Both the position numbers and the translations under genes were made by a program. The notes under the pieces were generated by a model. That model saw only the letters and a program-made list of their open reading frames with translations, made no database searches and was not told where the DNA came from. Below, one piece after another: positions 53,468 to 64,000 of a stretch of DNA of 64,000 nt (the first letter of the stretch is position 1; every line of letters begins with the position of its first letter). Origin of the DNA: Escherichia coli. GTDB taxonomy: Bacteria > Pseudomonadota > Gammaproteobacteria > Enterobacterales > Enterobacteriaceae. The stretch lies in assembly GCF_009931435.1 (NCBI RefSeq), contig NZ_CP043414.1; one strand, 5' to 3'.

Positions 53468-55615
53468 ATGAAAAAAGTCGTCACGGTTTGCCCCTATTGC
53501 GCATCAGGTTGCAAAATCAACCTGGTCGTCGATAACGGCAAAATCGTCCGGGCGGAGGCAGCGCAGGGCAAAACCAACCAGGGTACCCTGTGTCTGAAGG
53601 GGTATTATGGCTGGGATTTCATTAACGATACCCAGATCCTGACCCCGCGCCTGAAAACCCCCATGATTCGTCGCCAGCGTGGCGGCAAACTCGAACCTGT
53701 TTCCTGGGATGAGGCACTGAATTACGTTGCCGAGCGCCTGAGCGCCATCAAAGAGAAGTACGGTCCGGATGCCATCCAGACGACCGGCTCCTCGCGTGGT
53801 ACGGGTAACGAAACCAACTATGTAATGCAAAAATTTGCGCGCGCCGTTATTGGTACCAATAACGTTGATTGCTGCGCTCGTGTCTGACACGGCCCATCGG
53901 TTGCAGGTCTGCACCAATCGGTCGGTAATGGCGCAATGAGCAATGCTATTAACGAAATTGATAATACCGATTTAGTGTTCGTTTTCGGGTACAACCCGGC
54001 GGATTCCCACCCTATCGTGGCGAATCACGTAATTAACGCTAAACGTAACGGGGCGAAAATTATCGTCTGCGATCCGCGCAAAATTGAAACCGCGCGCATT
54101 GCTGACATGCACATTGCACTGAAAAACGGCTCGAATATCGCGCTGTTGAATGCAATGGGCCATGTCATTATTGAAGAAAATCTGTACGACAAAGCGTTCG
54201 TCGCTTCCCGTACAGAAGGCTTTGAAGAGTATCGTAAAATCGTTGAAGGCTACACGCCAGAGTCGGTTGAAGATATCACCGGCGTCAGCGCCAGTGAGAT
54301 TCGTCAGGCGGCGCGGATGTATGCCCAGGCGAAAAGCGCCGCCATCCTGTGGGGCATGGGTGTAACCCAGTTCTACCAGGGCGTGGAAACCGTGCGTTCT
54401 CTGACCAGCCTCGCGATGCTGACCGGTAACCTCGGTAAGCCGCATGCGGGTGTAAACCCGGTTCGTGGGCAAAACAACGTGCAGGGTGCCTGCGATATGG
54501 GCGCGCTGCCAGATACTTACCCTGGCTACCAGTACGTGAAAGATCCGGCTAACCGCGAGAAATTCGCCAAAGCCTGGGGTGTAGAGAGTCTGCCAGCACA
54601 TACCGGTTATCGCATCAGCGAGCTACCGCATCGCGCAGCGCATGGTGAAGTGCGTGCCGCGTACATTATGGGCGAAGATCCGCTACAAACTGACGCGGAG
54701 CTGTCGGCAGTACGTAAAGCCTTTGAAGATCTGGAACTGGTCATCGTTCAGGACATCTTTATGACCAAAACCGCGTCGGCGGCGGATGTCATTTTACCGT
54801 CAACGTCGTGGGGCGAGCATGAAGGCGTGTTTACTGCGGCTGACCGTGGCTTCCAGCGTTTCTTCAAAGCAGTTGAACCGAAATGGGATCTGAAAACGGA
54901 CTGGCAGATTATCAGTGAAATCGCCACCCGTATGGGTTATCCGATGCACTACAACAACACCCAGGAGATCTGGGATGAGTTGCGTCATCTGTGCCCGGAT
55001 TTCTACGGTGCGACTTACGAGAAAATGGGCGAACTGGGCTTCATTCAGTGGCCTTGTCGCGATACTTCAGATGCCGATCAGGGGACTTCTTATCTGTTTA
55101 AAGAGAAGTTTGATACTCCGAACGGTCTGGCGCAGTTCTTCACCTGCGACTGGGTAGCGCCAATCGACAAACTCACCGACGAGTATCCGATGGTACTGTC
55201 AACGGTGCGTGAAGTCGGTCACTACTCTTGCCGTTCGATGACCGGTAACTGTGCGGCACTGGCGGCGCTGGCTGATGAACCTGGCTACGCACAAATCAAT
55301 ACCGAAGACGCCAAACGTCTGGGTATTGAAGATGAGGCATTGGTTTGGGTGCACTCGCGTAAAGGCAAAATTATCACCCGTGCGCAGGTCAGCGATCGTC
55401 CGAACAAAGGGGCGATTTACATGACCTACCAGTGGTGGATTGGTGCCTGTAACGAGCTGGTTACCGAAAACTTAAGCCCGATTACGAAAACGCCGGAATA
55501 CAAATACTGCGCCGTGCGCGTCGAGCCGATCGCCGATCAGCGCGCCGCCGAGCAGTACGTGATTGACGAGTACAACAAGTTGAAAACTCGCCTGCGCGAA
55601 GCGGCACTGGCGTAA
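53468..55615 (+). CDS. fdhF: Formate dehydrogenase H (selenocysteine- and molybdopterin-containing); in-frame UGA at 53885-53887 decoded as Sec
   Basis: Two ORF-track fragments (53468-53887, 53936-55615) are in the same frame and joined by a single TGA; flanking sequence ...NNVDCCARV-U-HGPSVAGLHQSVGNGAMSNAINE... matches FdhF around Sec140. Confidence 0.95.
53885..53932 (+). promoter_or_regulatory. SECIS stem-loop directing SelB-dependent selenocysteine insertion at the fdhF UGA
   Basis: UGA followed immediately by cacggcccatcggttgcaggtctgcaccaatcggtcggtaatggcg, matching the canonical fdhF SECIS hairpin (loop GGUC). Confidence 0.9.
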
Positions 55616-55629
55616 TACAGTCCTTTCTA

Positions 55630-55658
55630 CAGCCTCCTTTCGGAGGCTGTTTTTTTAT
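55630..55658 (+). terminator. Rho-independent terminator after fdhF
   Basis: acagcctcc / ggaggctgt inverted repeat followed by T7. Confidence 0.8.
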
Positions 55659-55708
55659 CCATTCGAACTCTTTATACTGGTTACTCCCTACCCAATCGTA
55701 TTATCAAA

Positions 55709-56398
55709 ATGAAAAAAATTATCGCATTGATGTTGTTTTTGACATTCTTTGCCCACGCGAACGGCTCCGAGCCTGGCAGTCAGTATCTCAAGGCTGCAGA
55801 GGCTGGAGACCGACGCGCACAATATTTTCTTGCCGACAGCTGGTTTAGCTCCGGCGATTTGAGCAAAGCCGAATATTGGGCACAGAAAGCCGCCGACAGC
55901 GGTGATGCTGATGCCTGCGCGCTGTTGGCGCAGATCAAAATCACCAATCCGGTCAGTCTGGACTATCCACAAGCAAAAGTTCTTGCAGAGAAAGCGGCGC
56001 AAGCGGGCAGTAAAGAAGGTGAAGTAACGCTGGCGCATATTCTGGTAAATACGCAAGCGGGTAAACCGGATTATCCAAAGGCGATTTCGCTGTTAGAAAA
56101 CGCCTCGGAAGATCTGGAGAACGACTCTGCCGTCGATGCCCAAATGCTGCTTGGTTTGATTTACGCCAACGGCGTGGGCATTAAGGCCGACGATGACAAG
56201 GCAACCTGGTATTTCAAACGCAGCTCTGCGATTTCCCGAACCGGTTATTCCGAGTACTGGGCGGGAATGATGTTCTTAAATGGTGAAGAAGGTTTTATCG
56301 AGAAGAACAAACAGAAGGCGCTGCACTGGCTGAACCTGAGCTGTATGGAAGGGTTTGATACCGGGTGTGAAGAGTTTGAAAAATTAACTAACGGTTAA
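55709..56398 (+). CDS. yjcO: Sel1/TPR-like repeat protein YjcO, secreted
   Basis: 229-aa ORF with signal peptide and Sel1-like repeats (AQYFLADSWFSSGD, AQMLLGLIYANGVG). Confidence 0.85.
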   Translation: MKKIIALMLFLTFFAHANGSEPGSQYLKAAEAGDRRAQYFLADSWFSSGDLSKAEYWAQKAADSGDADACALLAQIKITNPVSLDYPQAKVLAEKAAQAGSKEGEVTLAHILVNTQAGKPDYPKAISLLENASEDLENDSAVDAQMLLGLIYANGVGIKADDDKATWYFKRSSAISRTGYSEYWAGMMFLNGEEGFIEKNKQKALHWLNLSCMEGFDTGCEEFEKLTNG

Positions 56399-56440
56399 TG
56401 TAGGCCTGATAAGACGCGGCAAGCGTCGCATCAGGCATCC
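56399..56440. repeat. Single REP element between yjcO and gltP
   Basis: gtaggcctgataagacgcggcaagcgtcgcatcaggc matches the REP consensus. Confidence 0.8.
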
Positions 56441-56476
56441 ACACATTGCCGGGTGTATGTCCCCGGCAATCCTCAA

Positions 56477-57790
56477 TTATTGATCCGCAGTTTTATCAAA
56501 TTTGCCCAGCACTTCGCGCTCATAAGCCAGCGCTTTCTTACGGTCAAATTTGTGTTCCCACTTGGCAATCACCAGCACCGCCAGCGCATTACCCACCACG
56601 TTCAGCGCAGTACGCGCCATGTCGAGGATACGGTCAACACCGGCAATAAACGCCAGACCTTCCAGCGGGATCCCTACGCTGCCCAGCGTTGCCAGCAACA
56701 CCACAAACGACACGCCCGGCACGCCAGCAATCCCTTTCGAGGTCACCATCAGCGTCAGCACCAGAATGATTTCCTGCCAGATGGACAGGTCAATGCCATA
56801 CAACTGCGCGATGAAAATAGCGGCAATACTTTGATACAGCGTCGAACCATCAAGGTTAAAAGAGTAACCGGTCGGCACCACGAAACTGGTGATCGACGCC
56901 GGTGCACCATAGGCTTCCATCTTCTCAATAATTCGCGGCAGCACGCTTTCAGAGCTGGCAGTGGAGTACGCCAGAATCAGCTCATCTTTCAGAATACGAA
57001 TCAGGATCCAGACGCTTAACCCACACAGGCGCGCCACAATTCCCAATACCACCAGCGCGAAGAACAGAATGGCGAAATGCACCAGCAGCACCAGTTTCGC
57101 CAGTGGCCACAGAGACGAGAAACCAAAGTTAGCCACCGTCACCGCAATCAGCGCAAACACACCCACCGGCGCATAACGCATCACCATATGAGTCACTTTA
57201 AACATGGTTTCAGAGATGGAGCGGAACACGGTCACCAGCGGTTCACGATGCGTCGCGGGCAGGGAGGAAAGCCCCAGACCAAACAGTACCGAGAAGAAGA
57301 TGATCGGTAACATTTCGCCTTTCGCCATCGACGCCACAATGTTCGTCGGCACCAGAGACAAAATCGTGCCCATAATACCGTGGGAACTGCTCTGTACCGC
57401 TTCTGTAGTGCTCTGATATTTCGAGATATCGACGGTTGCCAGCTGCGACATATCCACCCCGGCACCGGGCTGGAAGACGTTCGCCAGGGTGATCCCCAGA
57501 ATGATGGCGACAGTGGTGATCACCTCGAAATAGATAATGGTTTTCGCGCCAATACGCCCGAGCTGTTTGGCATCACCAACACCCGCAATACCCACCACCA
57601 GCGTGGAAATAACAATCGGCACAACAATCATTTTGATCAGATGGATGAAGATATCACCCGCCGGAGAGAGCAAATTGACGACCAGCCATTCGCGACTGTC
57701 GCTATGGTAGTGCAGGTAGCTTCCCAGGAGAATGCCCAGCACCATAGCAAACAGAATCTGCCAGGCCAGGCTGAATTTTATATTTTTCAT
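56477..57790 (-). CDS. gltP: Glutamate/aspartate:proton symporter (DAACS family)
   Basis: 437 aa from the ATG at 57790 (MKNIKFSLAWQILFAMVLGILLG...); the ORF-track start at 57913 is an extension. Confidence 0.95.
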   Translation of the reverse strand: MKNIKFSLAWQILFAMVLGILLGSYLHYHSDSREWLVVNLLSPAGDIFIHLIKMIVVPIVISTLVVGIAGVGDAKQLGRIGAKTIIYFEVITTVAIILGITLANVFQPGAGVDMSQLATVDISKYQSTTEAVQSSSHGIMGTILSLVPTNIVASMAKGEMLPIIFFSVLFGLGLSSLPATHREPLVTVFRSISETMFKVTHMVMRYAPVGVFALIAVTVANFGFSSLWPLAKLVLLVHFAILFFALVVLGIVARLCGLSVWILIRILKDELILAYSTASSESVLPRIIEKMEAYGAPASITSFVVPTGYSFNLDGSTLYQSIAAIFIAQLYGIDLSIWQEIILVLTLMVTSKGIAGVPGVSFVVLLATLGSVGIPLEGLAFIAGVDRILDMARTALNVVGNALAVLVIAKWEHKFDRKKALAYEREVLGKFDKTADQ

Positions 57791-58130
57791 CAGAATAACT
57801 TCCTCAATGGAGCGCCGTTCCCGTTCAGAAACGCGAGAACGTGACATACTGCCAGGGCATGAATTGTGTTGCGTTGGTTTGTAGATTTTTTTAACGCTTA
57901 TAATCAGTATCATTTGCGCGGTATGTTGCGCAACCCTTTAACAACAGAGCTTTTCGCTGCATTAATGCATAATAACGCGAGTTTATGGTAGGATTAATGA
58001 ATAACCATTTGTTATGGAAAGATTTTTATTTGTTTAATCTGCAATAATACTGATTGGTGATTATTTTTGGTATATGTTCATTCGATTGTTTTTTATGCAG
58101 CTCAATAACATAATCTTCATCACCAAATGA

Positions 58131-58727
58131 TTAATCTGATCTCCGCTGCAACAGTTTCGCCAAATTAATCGACTCGACCAGCTGTGTCCGGTTGATCCGG
58201 GGTGAGTTGAGATCCATCACTTTTTGCCATAGTTCGATGGCTTGCGCGTAATTCGCCTGCATAAACGCATCGGAAGCCAGCAGCATCAGAGCGGTGATTT
58301 CGTTAGAGTCCAGCGCGAGGGCTTTGTCGATCATTGCGCGAGTCTGGGCGGTCATATGCTGGCTGGCCTGGTAATAAAGCACCGTCGCCAGCGCCGCATA
58401 CAGTTCAGCGTTCTCACCACGTAATTGCAACGCCTGACGGTACGCCAGCAGCGAATTGCTGTAATCGTTTTGCCACAGATAATACTCGCCCAGTAACGCC
58501 CATTGTTCGCTGTTTTGTGGATTAGCGCGGATTTTATCCTGCAATGCCTGAAGCTGCGCTTCCGGGGTTTGCTGGCTGGCAAACTGATGTAGCGGATCGC
58601 GCTGACGCTGATACTCCGCACGCACCGCCTGCCATTTCTGGCTTAACAGATAACTGCCAACACAGAGAAATACCATCAATATCGTGAGTGTTGTCAGCAT
58701 CTTCACCGGTATTTGAGGCTGTTTCAT
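58131..58727 (-). CDS. nrfG: TPR-repeat heme lyase accessory protein NrfG
   Basis: 198 aa from the ATG at 58727 ([21 protein letters not shown]...); TPR motifs. Confidence 0.9.
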   Translation of the reverse strand: MKQPQIPVKMLTTLTILMVFLCVGSYLLSQKWQAVRAEYQRQRDPLHQFASQQTPEAQLQALQDKIRANPQNSEQWALLGEYYLWQNDYSNSLLAYRQALQLRGENAELYAALATVLYYQASQHMTAQTRAMIDKALALDSNEITALMLLASDAFMQANYAQAIELWQKVMDLNSPRINRTQLVESINLAKLLQRRSD

Positions 58728-59107
58728 CGCTTCGCCCTTACCCGCCAGAGGATCAAGGCCATCGCCAGTAACAACACCACTGGCAGCGCCCACAACACGA
58801 GCGTCTGACCGGTTAACGGTGGGTTATAGCGAACAAAATCTCCGTAACGTTCGGTCATCCAGCCAATGATTTCGACTTCACTTTTCCCCTCCGCCACCAT
58901 GCTGTAAACCTGATGGCGCATACTGACTGCCACCGGCGCATTGGATTCCAGTAAGTTCTGATTCTGGCACTGCGGGCAGCGTAACTGGCTGGCAATAGTT
59001 AACGCCTGTTCCTGTTGTTGCGGATTGGCGAATTGCCATGTGTCTACGACCTGAGCGCGCGCAAAACAGGTAAATAACAGCAGTAGCGTGAGAAGACCTT
59101 TATTCAT
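58724..59107 (-). CDS. nrfF: Cytochrome c heme lyase subunit NrfF (CcmH-like)
   Basis: 127-aa ORF with CxxC motif (LRCPQCQNQ), overlapping nrfG. Confidence 0.9.
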   Translation of the reverse strand: MNKGLLTLLLLFTCFARAQVVDTWQFANPQQQEQALTIASQLRCPQCQNQNLLESNAPVAVSMRHQVYSMVAEGKSEVEIIGWMTERYGDFVRYNPPLTGQTLVLWALPVVLLLAMALILWRVRAKR

Positions 59108-60758
59108 CGCGCTTCCTTCCCCGCCATCCGCTTAACAATGCGCCCGCAATCATCAACAATCCTCCCCCCCAGATCCAGCGCACACCGCTTTGTACATACA
59201 AACGAAAAGCGTAACGATCCGCTCCGGTTTTCTCGCCCATGACCGCATACCAGTCATGGATGCCGTTCCAGCGAATTGCCGGTTCCATCATTTGCTGACG
59301 ACGTGCTTCGTAAAAACGCCGCTCCGGCGTCAGTTCACCAATGCGTTGCTGATGGTCAAACAGCGCCACTATCGCTTTTTCGCTGGTGTAATTACCTTTG
59401 GCTTGCAGATCGAGGCGCTCAAAACGGAAGGTATATCCTGCCAGAGTCACCTGCTGACCCGGCTGTAAATTCAGGCTGATCTCCTGACGGCTGACGCTTG
59501 AAACCACGATCCCCGCGGCAAATAACAGCACACCCGCATGCGCCAGCAGCGCCGGAAGCTGCACGCGTTTGCCAGAGACAAACGTCGTCAGCACAATCAC
59601 CACCAGCATCAACAGACCAAACGGTAACGTTGCGCGGTTAAAATATGGCGCACCAACGGAGAGGCGTCCCCAGCCCAGCAGGCCGTAAATCATCGGATAA
59701 AGCGTTCCCACCAGCACGATCAGTAGCACTGCGCAAAACAGCAACAGCGTAGCGAGGATTAACATTTCCCGCGATAACCCCGATAAACGCACCGCCGGGC
59801 CACCGTCCCGCGCTCGCCAGCCATACAGAGCCAGAGACGCAAGGCTAATCAACGCAAACAGGCTGAACAACGGCACGGCGCGGACGTTATCCAGTGCGAA
59901 CGCATGAACCGAAACCAGAATGCCAGAACGGACAATTAAGGTGCCCAGCAGCGACAGCATCAGAGTAACTATCGCCAGTAACAGCGACCAGTGGCGGAAA
60001 ATCCCCCGCTGGCGTGTCAGGGACAAACTGTGCAGCAGCGCAGTGGCAGAAAGCCAGGGTAATAAAGAGGCGTTTTCCACCGGATCCCAGAACCACCAAC
60101 CGCCCCAGCCCAGTTCGCAATAGGCCCACCAGGAACCAAGGATGATCCCCGCAGTTAATGCGCTCCAGCCAGGTAGTGCCCAATGCCAGCAAATTCGGGC
60201 GCTGACACAATCAAACTCGCCGCGCAGTAGACTCGCCAGCGCCACGCTCGCCGCTACCATCAAACCGCCATAGCCAAGGTAAAGCAGCGGTGGATGAAAG
60301 ATAAGACCGGGATGTTGCAGCATCGGATTGAGATCTCGGCCTTCGATTGCTGGCGGAAATATCCGCGCAAACGGATCGGACCACAGCACCACAAACAGCA
60401 ACAGTGCGGCGAGCATGAGAGATAAAACGGCTAATGTCAGCGGAAATAGCGGATCGGTTTGCTGCCGATAATGCCAGGCAAACAGCGCACTCCACGCGGA
60501 AAGGAGTAGCACCCAAAGTAGCAACGAACCTTCATGCCCTCCCCACACTGCCGCCAGTTTGAGTTCCCACGACAGCAGGCTGTAGCTATGTTGGGCGACA
60601 TAAATGACCGAGAAATCGCTGATGAGAAAACAATACGACAGTACGCCAAAAGCGATCAGCAGGAGCGCGAACTGTGCCAGAGTGCCGATGCAAGTGAGTC
60701 GCATCATGGCAGGCCAGCGCAACCGCACTCCCGCAAAGGTTGTCAACGGGGTCAACAC
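59100..60758 (-). CDS. nrfE: Cytochrome c-type biogenesis heme lyase NrfE (CcmF-like)
   Basis: Large polytopic membrane ORF; start placed at the GTG giving 552 aa, while the ORF track extends 8 codons further to a TTG at 60782; start is uncertain. Confidence 0.85.
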   Translation of the reverse strand: MLTPLTTFAGVRLRWPAMMRLTCIGTLAQFALLLIAFGVLSYCFLISDFSVIYVAQHSYSLLSWELKLAAVWGGHEGSLLLWVLLLSAWSALFAWHYRQQTDPLFPLTLAVLSLMLAALLLFVVLWSDPFARIFPPAIEGRDLNPMLQHPGLIFHPPLLYLGYGGLMVAASVALASLLRGEFDCVSARICWHWALPGWSALTAGIILGSWWAYCELGWGGWWFWDPVENASLLPWLSATALLHSLSLTRQRGIFRHWSLLLAIVTLMLSLLGTLIVRSGILVSVHAFALDNVRAVPLFSLFALISLASLALYGWRARDGGPAVRLSGLSREMLILATLLLFCAVLLIVLVGTLYPMIYGLLGWGRLSVGAPYFNRATLPFGLLMLVVIVLTTFVSGKRVQLPALLAHAGVLLFAAGIVVSSVSRQEISLNLQPGQQVTLAGYTFRFERLDLQAKGNYTSEKAIVALFDHQQRIGELTPERRFYEARRQQMMEPAIRWNGIHDWYAVMGEKTGADRYAFRLYVQSGVRWIWGGGLLMIAGALLSGWRGRKRDE

Positions 60759-60837
60759 GTTGACCCCAAGACTTAACAACAACGCCAGAAAACCGACTTC
60801 AGGAAGGAATACGTCCAGAAACCACCTCTTTTCTGGC

Positions 60838-61794
60838 TTACGCCACCGTTAACTGCCCGGCGTAGAGAATGAAAAAGCGCAGCATCAACACGCCGACCAG
60901 GCTGGCTCCACACGCCGCCAGCACGGCAGGAATGCCGGAACTACGATTCACCCACGGTTTGAGCAACATTGGCACAATCAGCCCCAGCCCGGCGACACCA
61001 AGCCAGAACCACCACGTCCAGAAACCACCGCCCAATGCTGCCACCAGCGCACGCACTTTGCCGTCATCGCCCAGCGCCAGTCCAACAAAAAACGCCACCA
61101 GCAGGAAGATTTCGCCCCATACCACAGGGATCTCCATACGGTGTACAAAGTGCGCTTCCGTGGAGTGCGGATTACTGCGCTGGCGTATCGCCATAGCGAT
61201 CAACGCCACCGCCGCACCGGACGAAATGCCGGAGAAGAGGAACAGCACCGGTAAAATCGGATTATTGAGGAACGGATATGATTTCAGCGCCGACAGCAGA
61301 AAGCCGGTATAAGCCCCCAGCAACACCGCCAGCACCAGCATTAGCGTTTCCAGTCCGCGGTGAACGGGCGTCAGCAGACTCAGAACCTTTTGTACGATCC
61401 CCAGCTTCGGCAACCAGCGTTGTTGCAGGGCAAGCAAATCATGTTCAAAGATTTTCGCCAGCCACAGCACCAGCACCACCATGTAGAGCTGAAACAGCAT
61501 CACCCCCATCGACATCACCGAGGTAAAACTGTAATGGAACATCAGCTTCCAGAAGGTCCACGGTCTTGTCAGGTGGAAGACGAGAATCAACAGACCGAGG
61601 ATCACCGCGCCAGGCCCGACAATCAGCGTGGTGCGCAACAACGTACTGTCTGCACCGCCCGCCTGCGGGTAGAAGCGACGTAACAGCACGGCCAGCGTCA
61701 CCAGACCGGCAGAAATACCAATCAAAAACAGGTAGATGGCAATCGGCCAGTCCCACACCAGCGATTCAAAATGAAATGCGGAAGTCTGCGTCAT
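60838..61794 (-). CDS. nrfD: Nitrite reductase membrane quinol-oxidase subunit NrfD
   Basis: 318-aa polytopic membrane ORF (NrfD/PsrC family). Confidence 0.9.
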   Translation of the reverse strand: MTQTSAFHFESLVWDWPIAIYLFLIGISAGLVTLAVLLRRFYPQAGGADSTLLRTTLIVGPGAVILGLLILVFHLTRPWTFWKLMFHYSFTSVMSMGVMLFQLYMVVLVLWLAKIFEHDLLALQQRWLPKLGIVQKVLSLLTPVHRGLETLMLVLAVLLGAYTGFLLSALKSYPFLNNPILPVLFLFSGISSGAAVALIAMAIRQRSNPHSTEAHFVHRMEIPVVWGEIFLLVAFFVGLALGDDGKVRALVAALGGGFWTWWFWLGVAGLGLIVPMLLKPWVNRSSGIPAVLAACGASLVGVLMLRFFILYAGQLTVA

Positions 61795-62462
61795 TGGCTC
61801 ACCTCCCCGTATTTAAACGGTACGCGGTACAGCTTCGGTTTGGTTCCCAGCGCCAGCTTGTAGCGGTAAGTGGGCTTCTGGCGTAGCAGTTGCGAAATCT
61901 CACTGTTGGGATCGTCCAGATTGCCAAACGTCAGCGCCTTCGTCGGGCAAGCCTCAACGCACGCAGGCAGCTTACCGGCCTGCAAATTGGTCTTACGGCA
62001 GAAATCGCATTTGTCCGCCGTCTTCGTGACCGGATGGATAAAGCGCACGCGGTACGGACAGGCGGCGATGCAGTACTGACAACCGACGCAGAGATCTGGG
62101 TTAACATCGACAATCCCGCTGGCAGCATCGCGAAAAGACGCACCCGTTGGGCAGACGTCAACGCACGGTGCATGGTCGCAGTGCTGGCAAGACTTACGAA
62201 AGAAGCGATATTTCACATCAGGAAATTCGCCCTGCGGCTCGCTACGAATAATTGTCAGGCGCGAGACGCCTTCCGGCACCTTGTTCACTTCCCGACAAGC
62301 ATCCATACAGGCAGTACAGCCGATGCATAACGACTCGTCATGCACCATGCCGTAACGCACCCCATTGATATTCAACGTTTTCGCCACCACGCGTCCTGCG
62401 GTGCCGCTGACGGCTGCCAGCACGCCGACGCCGGTGAGAAACTGGCGACGAGACCAGGTCAT
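61791..62462 (-). CDS. nrfC: Nitrite reductase 4Fe-4S ferredoxin subunit NrfC
   Basis: 223-aa ORF with Tat-like signal (RRQFLTG) and several CxxCxxCxxxCP clusters. Confidence 0.9.
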   Translation of the reverse strand: MTWSRRQFLTGVGVLAAVSGTAGRVVAKTLNINGVRYGMVHDESLCIGCTACMDACREVNKVPEGVSRLTIIRSEPQGEFPDVKYRFFRKSCQHCDHAPCVDVCPTGASFRDAASGIVDVNPDLCVGCQYCIAACPYRVRFIHPVTKTADKCDFCRKTNLQAGKLPACVEACPTKALTFGNLDDPNSEISQLLRQKPTYRYKLALGTKPKLYRVPFKYGEVSQ

Positions 62463-63025
62463 GGCTGCTCCTTAAGCAACGGAACAGACGCCGGGTTAAA
62501 GTTCGGATTGGTGCGCTGATCGCTGTGGCAATCGACGCAAATCTTAATCCGTCCTTTGTCACTTAACGTCTGCATCGTATCTTGCTGTGGATGCAGGGAA
62601 TGGCAGCTGGCGCACGCCACTTTGGTTACGTGGACATCGTGCGGCCAGAACGCTTTTTGCAACTGTTCCGGCAGATGGCAGGACATACAGACGCTGTTCT
62701 GCTCTCCAACCTTGTACATCGGCTCGTTAAAGCGCATCACATCTTTCACCCCTTCGCGGTGTTGCGGTGATGGCTGGCCGTGACAGTTGGTGCAGGTGAC
62801 CGGCAGTTTGTTATTCGGGTTGATAACGGAAGCATGTTTGCCATGCATACCTTCGGTATCTGGTTTATGACAGTCCAGACAGGCGGCATCCGGGTTACGC
62901 TGCTGGGTAACTTCGTAGCGATCACCAGATGCCTGCGACGCAGGGGTAGCGGTAATTCCGTTCAGGCTCCACAACAGGCCCGACGCCAGCACCCCGGCAG
63001 TTAATAACGAACGTAATACGCTCAT
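62459..63025 (-). CDS. nrfB: Pentaheme cytochrome c NrfB
   Basis: 188 aa from the ATG at 63025 ([11 protein letters not shown]...); five CxxCH motifs; the ORF-track start at 63031 is a GTG extension. Confidence 0.9.
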   Translation of the reverse strand: MSVLRSLLTAGVLASGLLWSLNGITATPASQASGDRYEVTQQRNPDAACLDCHKPDTEGMHGKHASVINPNNKLPVTCTNCHGQPSPQHREGVKDVMRFNEPMYKVGEQNSVCMSCHLPEQLQKAFWPHDVHVTKVACASCHSLHPQQDTMQTLSDKGRIKICVDCHSDQRTNPNFNPASVPLLKEQP

Positions 63026-63070
63026 ATTCACTCCATTGTGTTTTCCGCCCCTTGCGAGGCGGAACGGGGG

Positions 63071-64000
<930 letters not shown>

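Noticed and set aside
53885-53887. In-frame TGA splitting fdhF into two ORFs, suggesting a pseudogene
   Set aside because: A canonical SECIS hairpin follows the UGA and both fragments are collinear with formate dehydrogenase H, so this is selenocysteine recoding.
57791-58130. 340-bp AT-rich spacer between gltP and nrfG as a candidate sRNA or small ORF locus
   Set aside because: No convincing promoter-plus-terminator pair or conserved small ORF is visible; it is most simply the gltP promoter region and nrf operon 3' end.

Overview
This window reads as a conserved Escherichia coli chromosomal segment, collinear with the K-12 MG1655 93-94 min region but in reverse orientation. I found no inserted island, CRISPR array, IS element or phage-like block, and no evidence for a novel system; every ORF of 100 aa or more is either a recognisable E. 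coli gene or an antisense shadow ORF. Gene order is cadC(partial)-cadBA, dtpC, lysU, ghoT-ghoS, yjdJ, yjdI, dcuSR, dcuB-fumB, yjdF, melA, melR, adiA-adiY-adiC, eptA-basRS, pmrR, proP, yjcZ-crfC, phnA, yjdN, phnCDEFGHIJKLMNOP, yjdP, an rpiB-like remnant, yjcS, ytcA-mdtNOP, fdhF, yjcO, gltP, nrfGFEDCB and nrfA(partial). Identifications rest on reading the translations against protein sequences I recall, not on any database search. The points worth a second look are differences from K-12: melB is absent (melA stop abuts yjdF stop), the alsRBACEK/rpiB block is absent leaving a short rpiB-like remnant, and phnE is an intact 259-codon frame. Other notable items are the fdhF selenocysteine UGA with its SECIS hairpin, two unlisted small genes (ghoT, pmrR), and REP/BIME and GC-rich palindromic repeats inside the phn cluster.
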